NCBI GenBank assembly: GCA_004764695.1
Contig: SMSO01000023.1
Span: 1-31,090, forward strand
Length of the DNA: 31,090 nucleotides
Reading direction: 5' to 3'
Source: Schizochytrium sp. TIO01
Taxonomy: Eukaryota > Protista > Bigyra: Labyrinthulomycetes
Made by a program: the position numbers and the translations under genes. The notes below the pieces were generated by a model. That model worked only from the letters and a program-made list of their open reading frames with translations. It was not told where the DNA came from and did no database searches. This document shows positions 10,975-20,068 of the stretch, piece by piece. Position 1 is the first letter of the stretch, and each line of letters begins with the position of its first letter.

Positions 10975-11193
10975 GTGAGAAAGGGATAATACTCTAGTAC
11001 TAGAATTGAGATGCCTTTTTTATTTATGTATTTCATAAAGCCATGTTGCTGATTTTTGAAGTTGAAGGGAACGAAGACCCCTTTTATAATATAGAAAAAG
11101 GATGGAACAAAAAGGAATCTTTGGTAAAATCTTTTTTTCTTCTTCTGTGATATCTTATTAATATTGATTACTATGATTACTTAGTCATGATGG

Positions 11194-14100
11194 TTAGCAA
11201 GAACAGTCAAGAGTCTTACCGCATTGCGTTCCATAATATGGGTACTCGCAAATACAATAAGCTGTCGAATTTGATTTAACTCCACCATTAAGACATGTGA
11301 CAGTACTTTCACAATTGACACCCCAATACTCTGAACTATCACAAGTACACTTCCCAGTGGTTTGATCACAAGTTCCTCTATTGTTACAGTCTCTGTTTTC
11401 ACAGTAGTCTACTGTCCCTGTTCCAAGTTCATCGTCATCGACACCTAATTCAGTCGCCACAAGTGTGGTAATTGACGTTAGCTTGGAACCAATCGATTGA
11501 ATCGCAGACAACTTCTCGTCAATTTTTGGATCATCTTCCGTGTTAGACTCTGATGAAACAACATAGACGATCTCGATATTTCCGTTGGTAGCATAAATAG
11601 TGATATCATCAGTAGTAAGGTTCAATTGTGCCGCGAGAGCCTCTTCGAATTCTGAGCCGTCAGAGAAAGAAAACCCCGAGTTAACAAGCTCAGAAAATGT
11701 ACTGGCATCAAGTGAATATGTTACTGAAACTTCAATTGAACCGGAGCTTTGGAGGTCGCGGTGACCATCAGGTGACTCCCTAATAGTCTGCAAGATTCTA
11801 CGCGTTTCATCATCAAATTGAAACTCGCACATATCACTATAAATGTTACAAACGAGCTCCTTTAATGCAGCACCGAGAAGCTCTTCGTCTCCACCAAGAC
11901 TATAAATTAAATCTGCGTCAAGAGTGACTGATTCTGAACCATCAATAAAGACTGTCAAATTAGCCCCTGTTTTTAGAGTCTCATTCGTTTGACTTTTAAC
12001 AAGCTCGTTTACGATCGTTTGTGTTGCCGTTTTAATTTTCGTTGCATTACTACTCTTCAATGACTGGGAGACCTGTCCAAGAGACTTTGCAAATGTTTGT
12101 TGACGCTCTATCTTAGTTTCACATTCTGACTCCTTTGAACATGTTCCCTCATATTTATCTTCACATAGCATAGTATTGAAATTGCAGTATGGAAGACGGC
12201 CGGATTGGATCTTGGCCTTACAGTCCAAATGTTTGCTGCACTCTGGAACATTTGTACACATAAGGTATTCTTCGTTGCAAAAGACCTTGGACGTAAAGTA
12301 GGTTGCTGCGGCTTCTTTGCAGGTGGCGTGATCACCACTGGTACAATATACATCTGGACCCTCTAGAGGACATAAGTAGTCATGAAAGACATCAATTGTC
12401 TTCGGAGGATCAAACATTGATGCATAAACACCTGTCAAACTCTTAAAGTAATTACCATTATGTTCACCGAAAGTTTTCAGGTCACCATTCTTCGTTCTAG
12501 CAAACAGTGCCTTTCTTCCCCAAATGGCAGTAACTCCTGTAATATTTTGGATCTTAATCGGGGTTGTATAAGTTGCATCTGAGTTCGTGCTATTTCCATC
12601 TAAGACACCATAATTGTTTCTGCCCCAGCAATAAACGTCTCCTGAATTTTGTTTAACTCCGCAGGCGAAGTCATTTGAAAACACGGCGAATTTATTATCA
12701 TTTCCCATACCTTCAATAACCTTTCCAGTGTAATCTGCTGTTCCAACAGCGGATGGGTCAATTTGTCCGTAAGTGTTCGTGTTACCAGCACAAACGATCT
12801 GCCCTTCCATATTGACTACACAGCTGTTAAAGTTTGAGGGGCTGCTAAAGTCACTAATTTTTGCAAATTTACCTGTACAATTTGTGACTACAGATTTTGA
12901 TACTTGTACTTCATGGCAGAATCCGTAAGTTCTTCCAGCACATGCAACTTGATTGTCTTCGTACATATAGCAAACGGCATTTGGTCCAGCAGGGAATATC
13001 CGTTTAATTACTCGGTCACCTAGATCTTGAACAGTAAACATACTTTGTATAGCATCACTTCCTCCGGTTCCAAAGATATTGTCGTTGTTTTTACCCATGA
13101 CTTTCACGGTTCGGTTGTCATTGCTCAAGAAGAAGGTAGCTGAGTCTGTAACAACGACATCTTTATAGCCTTGTCCGGGACTTTCAATGTTAACTTTCGT
13201 TGGGTAAGCAAGTATCGATGAAGATCCACTGTTCTTGTTACCCAAACTGCCGTAAGTACCAGTTCCCCAACACCAAACAGAGTCATCTGTTGGATCAATT
13301 AAACATGCGTGGTTATTTCCCAGGGATAACTTGCTTACTGCACGTGGACCGTAGTCCAGGCTTGAGATCAAATCATACAATTCAATAGTACCACTCTTTT
13401 GACCATTTCCCGTTAGATACTTGCCATAGTAATCCGTTCCGAACATCCAGACCTGGTTGAGATCCGTGTTGACAATAGCACCCATGAAGTAATTGAACTG
13501 TCCTTCTGTTGAACAAGAATGACCTGGGGTAGGTGCTTCTGTTGGAATTTGAGTCGGTGCCATTGACGGAGCAAACTTTGGTGAGCAATAGGCTTCTTCA
13601 ATTACTTGCTGAGTCTTCACAGTCGTTCCCATAGATGAACTTCCAATCCGCAAAGGATTATTAAATCCCCAGGTCTTAACAGTTCCGTCTTCGAAAAGCG
13701 CGACATATAGATTATTAGAGCTCCGGAACTCTCTCAGATTTGGCATCCTCGTATTTTCGATCAAATCTGTGAAGTGATGTGTGGAGTCCGATTCCGAAAA
13801 AAAACCATAAGCACCATTGCCCTTACAGTATGTCTTTCTGTCCCGTTTCTTAACACAAAAACCTTGTTCAAATGCCCAAAGGTCAATATTGTAATTATCT
13901 GTCCCTTCAACGACAAGCCATTCAGAAGTGAAAACATTCGTCGCTAGCTCACTCGTAATTACCTGGAAGGTGTTCTTTCCTGAAGCATAAATTCTCCCAT
14001 CAGTTCCAAGTCCCCAAATGTTGTGCTGTCCGAAAGTGACTTTAGTGAAGCTCATGTCAGGAATCAAAATGGGAGAAAGCTGACTATTTCCACTTACATA

Positions 14101-16079
14101 ATCAGGAAGCCCCATACGATTGTTATCATTGTATCCCCAACAAGAAAGTGTGTTGTTATCGAAAAGTGCACAATATGTGTAATAATTGTTTTCAAGCTGA
14201 ATGATTTTTGCACCGGCGCTAGAATCACGGTTGATAGCATATTTTGGAGAATAACTGGCTCCAGTAGTACCTGCGCCATTCATACCATAGGAACCATATC
14301 CAAGACACTTTACTTCAGTCCTGTTATTAATAACCAGACACATATTTGAAATTCCTACTGAAATTTCATTAATGTTTTCTATCGTTTCATCATTATCAAG
14401 CACAGTAAAACGAAACATCTCATACAAGTAAGTATTCGATGTTCCTGTAATAACCCCAGAGGCGTCACTTCCGATGCAATGAACTGAATCGTCATATCCA
14501 TCAAGGACGCAGGCTAAAGCACCGCTGGTCCGTTCAACAGAAAGTTGGACTGGGTTAACATAAGAGCCAGGTATCTTCGTCGGGGGGTGATAGTCAATGT
14601 CTCCAACATCTCTTCCCAAACCCAGTACTCCAACTTCATAACGGTCAATGCCCCAGGCAAATACGGCGTTGCGTTCTTCACTAATATAGTAGGAAGCACC
14701 TGCGGTAGTAGTTGCAATGTTCGCTCCGCAATTCATCTCTGAAGTTGTTGGGAAAGGTGTAGTAGGTTCTCTCGTTGGATAGACAGTTGGAGACATCGTT
14801 GGATAAAGTGTCGGTGCCATAGTTGGTGGTAGAGGTGCACATGAAACACCTTCCATAAGAACTGGTGTCGACGGGACAGTTCCACTTGCGTCAAATTTGG
14901 GGTAGTTGTTTGCTCCCCAGCAACTAACGGTATCATCAGTCAGATTATGACCACAAATAACTTGAGAATTTACTGATACAATAGTCTCGGCAGTGATTCT
15001 GTCTGATTCAATGAAGTTGGAGAATGAGTTCACTTTGGAACTATGAAATTGTCCATTGGCATTCAAACCCTTGCAAAAAACGGTTCCATTTGTCTTTCGA
15101 AGACAGAAGTTCCTACACATGAAGATACAAGCAATGTTGTCGTTACCTGAATCAAAGACTTCAACAGGTCCAGATTGGATGTAGCTACCTGAATCAACAT
15201 CGTTTGAGTACATTCCATCTTTATTTTGCCCTGCAAATAAGAAACGACCATCCAAAGTGATGAGTCCGATATTTTGTTCATCCAAGGTGATGTCTTTAAT
15301 GTTACCCTGTTCTTCTGTGTCGACCCACGTTGGACTTGGAAGGCTCGTCGACCCGGTGATTCCAAGTGCATAATTTGCGTTCCTACCCCAGCACGTGACA
15401 GTGTTGTTACTAAGAAGTGCACAGAAGTGATTATCAATCTTATCAGAAACTAACTTCTTAATTGTGACCCCTTCTTCGAGGTTCGTTTCATAACTTAGGG
15501 TGTCGAAAGGTGGAACGTCGCGACCGTTTGAGGTTGTACCTCTTCCGTTTTGGTAATAAGTATTGGTACCCGAACATGTTACGACAGTTTGATTAATTGT
15601 AACTGCACACAAGGAGTCCTTGATACTGCAAAGGAACTGTACTCATTTGTAAAATCCGGCAGCTCAGTGAACTCGGTGAACACCGTATACGTATTGCTAG
15701 TTATTTCTTTTGAGATCAGGTATCCTGAATTTGATCCGACGCAGTGAATTTTATGGGTTAGTCCATCGAGGACGCACGCGAACGAAAGTGCCTCTCTAGG
15801 ATGCATCGGCGAACTAATAGTCGAGTGATTGATCTTGAAAGGTTCGATGAAAGATGCCGAGGGGTCACTAGCGCTACTGAGTTCCTTAAGGGTATTAGTT
15901 CCCCATCCATACATCACATTCCGGTCGGGACTAGCCCAAATAGTCGCATAGTTACCAACACTTAAGGAACTTTCACAAATACTTAGGTCATATTCGGCAG
16001 TTGGCGCAGGGGTCTCTTCCTGCGCGTTGGCCTTGCATAGGAACAAGACAACGAACAAGACTATAGTCTGTAAAACCAT
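11194..16079 (-). CDS. Secreted protein (~1,628 aa when repaired): signal peptide, three RCC1/BLIP-II-like propeller blocks with PT-rich linkers, the same Cys-rich/EGF C-terminal module; one frameshift near 15613
   Basis: ORF 16079-15579 supplies the signal peptide (MVLQTIVLFVVLFLCKANA) and first RCC1-like repeats and joins ORF 15612-11194 on adding one base. Repeated C..L...V.CWG.N..G.LG motifs; linkers PTMAPTLYPTMSPT and PSMAPTQIPTEAPT; C-terminal ~350 aa homologous to the 907-aa neighbour. Confidence 0.88.
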
Positions 16080-16170
16080 TAGTCTAACTCTTTTGTGCTC
16101 TTACTGGACATTCCCCTCACATTTGTACTTATATATTGAATTCAAGATGAACAAGTTCTGATTGAAAATT

Positions 16171-16772
16171 ATGGGAGACAGAAGAAGTAGCTTAATCTTC
16201 AGCACTGACATCGGAATCATAAACATTGGCGTAGCTCTTTATGATAGCTCAACCAAAAAGATGGTCTATTGTGATCGAATCGCCTTCGCACCATCCCTCA
16301 AGGCGCTGAAGTCGCAAAGAAATATTCCAATGGGGATCTACAACCTTATGTTTAACAAGGAAACCTCAAAGATTTACCCTATGCTCAAAGAAGCGAGTAT
16401 TATCCTCATTGAGGATCAGATGAGACTGAAAATGTACATTGCGCAGTACTCAATCGTTTCTATGTGCATCTGTGAAGGTTTTGAATACAAAATCGTTCAC
16501 TCAAAGTCAGTCAAGACATTTTTTAAAACAGGTGCTGCTTCACGGAAGGTCGCAGGGAAGGTCGTTCGTGGTGCAGAAAACAATCGAAGGGCAAATAAAG
16601 CTGCTGCGATTGTTAAAGCCCATGAATTTTCCCAAAAGATATGGCTAAAGTACCAAAAGCAAAACAGGATGATGTCGCAGATGCAATACTTCAGGCGTGT
16701 TGGTATGATAGAGCTTGCTTATCCAAAAAGCAAATCCCACCGATGTTCTTCCTTACTTTCTCTTTCGTTTAA
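16171..16772 (+). pseudogene. Poxvirus A22/RuvC-like Holliday junction resolvase with one frameshift near 16630
   Basis: RNase H-fold motifs STDIGIINIGVA and IILIEDQ in the first frame. The diagnostic KQDDVADAILQA lies in the alternative frame (16662-16697), which ends at TAA 16770-16772. Confidence 0.85.
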
Positions 16773-17531
16773 CTCGTTACTCTTTAAAGTGTGTTGCTCC
16801 ATCAAAGGACTAAGCTTCGTATTTACATAATGTGTTAAGTGTTCAAAGATTTCATCTGTAGGGATCCCTGCTACATTGAGAACACCGCTCGAAAAGACCT
16901 CGATTGCAAGATGTGTCGCTTCTGGAAATGGATGTACTACGAGTGCACAGAATGATTGCTGGTCCATTGAGAGGGCTGGACTAGAGCCGTCATCCTCTTT
17001 GGTAGAAAGAGTTAGTGACTTTGCAAATTGATTTGCCCTCCTGTTGTTATAATCACCGTCATACCCTTCAAGCTCTTCACTTTTATGAACATCATATGAG
17101 GGCAGTACCCATGGTTTTTGTTTTCGACCTTTTACTTTTAGTGAAACTGAAGCCAAGGAGTTCAAGCTAAGAAACAAACCCTCGAGATCAAGGGGCTTGT
17201 GAGGTGTATAGTACTTCTCTACCCAATTTACCAAGGTCGATTTATCAATATCTTCTTTTGTAACTCCAAACAACGATTCAAAAACTGGAATGAATGCGTC
17301 GGATTCCATTGTCATTGTAAAAACCATGCAAACGAGCGCAGGGTAGGGTAACTTTTTGGCATCGAAGATGTTCATCGTGAAGGCCTTTTCGTAATACGTA
17401 CATCGCCAGTCACTGGAGACTGAAAGGACACAGTTCCGGTGAGTATGAGCAAACTCATCCAAAGTTATGTTTACTCGAATAATAAACCTGTAAAGCTTCA
17501 AGCTTGTTTCTGTTCGAATAATATGTCCCAT
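16719..17531 (-). CDS. TBP: Divergent TATA-binding-protein-like protein (270 aa)
   Basis: C-terminal SFCALVVHPFPEATHLAIEVFSSGVLNVAGIPTDEIFE matches the TBP repeat pattern (F.gl..r...p.....iF.SG.....G). A weaker first repeat lies at YYEKAFTMNIF...PALVCMVF. Confidence 0.65.
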   Translation of the reverse strand: MGHIIRTETSLKLYRFIIRVNITLDEFAHTHRNCVLSVSSDWRCTYYEKAFTMNIFDAKKLPYPALVCMVFTMTMESDAFIPVFESLFGVTKEDIDKSTLVNWVEKYYTPHKPLDLEGLFLSLNSLASVSLKVKGRKQKPWVLPSYDVHKSEELEGYDGDYNNRRANQFAKSLTLSTKEDDGSSPALSMDQQSFCALVVHPFPEATHLAIEVFSSGVLNVAGIPTDEIFEHLTHYVNTKLSPLMEQHTLKSNELNERESKEEHRWDLLFG

Positions 17532-17561
17532 GGTCTTACTTGTTATAATTAAGATAATTAA

Positions 17562-17626
<65 letters not shown>
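17562..17626. repeat. (ATT)n microsatellite, ~21 units
   Basis: Perfect trinucleotide run directly visible, ~30 bp upstream of the TBP-like start codon. Confidence 0.97.
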
Positions 17627-17627
<1 letters not shown>

Positions 17628-17713
17628 TAATGGTTTAAAGCTTCAAGGAGAAAAAAAGTAATTAAAAGCTTATGCTTCACTGTAAGACCATCTGTTCTGT
17701 TGACCATTCTTAG

Positions 17714-18251
17714 TTACACCATGGGCGAACAAACACTGATGGACATATATCCAGACTCAAGATCATCACCAGCACCACTTTTAAAAGTTACTGATACTGC
17801 ATGCCAGGGAAGAAAAGGAACATAGATGATCTCACCATGATCTATAGAATAAGTAAAAGTAAAATTACTCAATGAAAATTTGCCTATCCGCTCCAGGTTC
17901 ATTGTTTCGTTGAAGAGATAAAACGAGTGTATCGCATGGGCGAGATAGTGTGATAAAAGTGCGTCTTCTCCCGGACAGGGAACTGTCAATATTCTTGATT
18001 GACTCGCAGCACGGATTTCTGGAGCAGATTTGTGTACCTCCACCACAAATTATAATCCGAGGATGAACGGAATAATTGAACTTTGATAGGACACAAAAGC
18101 TTGGAGACTATCATTCCTGCATGCAAGGTCTCTACTACAGGTACGTAGTAAACATCATTCATTCGTTAAAGAAGGAATGCAAATAATTGAGGAAAAATGC
18201 TACTGTGTTCTTACAAGTCTCCCACACTGAACTTAGTGAAAAGCTTTCCAT
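17714..18251 (-). pseudogene. Frameshifted ORFan (~180 codons)
   Basis: ATG 18251 (MESFSLSSVWETCKN...) continues by frame changes through MNDVYYVPVVETLHAG...LWWRYTNLLQ into ORF 18046-17714. Confidence 0.5.
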
Positions 18252-18378
18252 TACATATATGAATTAAGAAGATTTCTATTTTTCCTATCTTGTACTTGAA
18301 AGTAATTTATCATCTTTATATAATGAGAGAACTATTCCTTTATATAGCAAGTGTGCTAATGGTTATTATCGGGAGATC

Positions 18379-19454
18379 ATGCAAAAGGTTTTATTAATTG
18401 CAAATATTGGCGAAAGCAGTCAAAGTCGAATCATGATTAAAAACAATCTTGATCATTTTAGTAACCACGATGACATAGCTGCTACAATTTATGACATAAA
18501 GCTGGGAAATGCAAGTGCAAAGTTGGAAAATATCGATATATGTCTAGTATGTATTGGACAAGATTTTGAGCCATCAGTTAGCATTCAAACATTGCTCTGT
18601 GCCATCCCAATTATAAGCCCCGGATGGTCATTATAGAAACTGTAATCCCGGTTGGTACAGTTGGGAAGTTTGTTAAGGCAACTGCAGGTGAAATTCCCAT
18701 CGCATACCCCCTAAACATTATTCATCGGTGTCCCTCGCTTCCATTTGAAGCACCGCGTGACTCACCGAGACTGTTAGGAGCAAACTCAAGAGAAGCTGCA
18801 CAAGTGATTTTGCCATTTTTATCATTGTTTTATACTCACATCTACATTACAGAAACTGCAGAAGCTGCTGAGTGCGCAACTCTTCTGGACTTGGCAAAAA
18901 GAGCTGCTATTCAAGCTGCTATCGATGAGTTTTCTGCCAATTTTAGCAAAGAGATATCGATGCGCGATGCAATTGAAGGCTCGAACTTTATCTGGACCAA
19001 TTATCAAAATGACCACCCATCTTTAGGAATCAAGTATAACTTTGCTTCGCTGATCGGTAGTGAAGAGAAGTTTCCCTTATTAACTACAGCTATTGAACAG
19101 CTCTGTCTACGCCCGCGCTTCATCTTCCAAGATATCGTAAATAGATACTGCTCAGGCGACCTTGATAAGGTACACCAAAAGGCTTTCCTGATAGTAGGAT
19201 TCGGAAATCAACCAGGGGCTTCAGAGCACGATGAATCTCCAATTTCCGAAATTGCACAAATGCTTACTATGGAAGGTGCAAAAGTCACTATTTATGACAT
19301 GTTTATCAACAGGTTCTCTACAATAAACCCACCAAGTATAGTCTATAACTCAGGACGACACATCTATGATGGGATCCTTGTTATGCACCCCTACCTTATT
19401 TCATTATGGAAAGACTACCCTCACGCTACTTTTTATTGTAAAGTAGCAAGTTAA
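18379..19454 (+). pseudogene. Degenerate UDP-glucose/GDP-mannose dehydrogenase family homolog (~358 aa) with one frameshift near 18623
   Basis: Family-like motifs DICLVCIG, VIIETVIPVGT, PRLLG, AEAAECATLLD..RA...A.IDE and LIVGFGNQPGASEHDESP....Q.L..EGAKVTIYD; catalytic motifs are altered. Confidence 0.75.
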
Positions 19455-20068
19455 CAAGATTGAAAACACGAAAGAGAAAAAAAAAAGGTAACCAACCTTA
19501 TATCTGGGAGTCGACTATTTAGTTTAATAAGAAAAGAAAAGAAATGAATAGTTTAGTTTAGTTTACTGGTCAATTAGGAGTTTCCACTCCCTTCATTAAT
19601 TCTTGATTTATTGGAACCGCATTCTCGGAGTTCAGAATGACCCAAATATCCTACGAGCTATCCTTTTATGAAACAGGGGTGCGCTTTTCTCAAGTCGAGC
19701 GGGGGAAGAATACACAAACTACACACCTGTCCTTTTTTGTGTTTTCCATCTCTCTGGTAGAAAAAAAAGACGACTTTTTTTTTTTAACAGTCCAAATACT
19801 TAATCAATTAGGCAAACTATCTTTTATTTTATTTTTTAATTGAAAAAAAAGAAAAGAAAGGAGTCAAGTAGATACTAGGAAGGTACTATCTAGTGTCATT
19901 AGAGGACTTTGAGTAGAGTAGATTTAATTCTATCGACAGTGATAGACGAAAGTAAAGTTTTCCTTCTTTTCCCCCTCACATCACACTACCTCTGTTTCCA
20001 CTGCTGCACGCGCCTTCACTCCAGCAAAAGAAAAAGCAAATAGCCCTGCAAAACCGAAACAAGGAAAA

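Noticed and set aside
16631-16830. ORF-track C-terminus of the 222-aa protein (SQKIWLKY...FVFT)
   Set aside because: Out-of-frame read-through; the conserved resolvase motif is in another frame.
3474-19454. Programmed ribosomal frameshifting or spliceosomal introns explaining the split genes
   Set aside because: Shifts go in both directions, show no shared slippery motif, and in the recognisable genes are repaired by one base with no extra intervening sequence.
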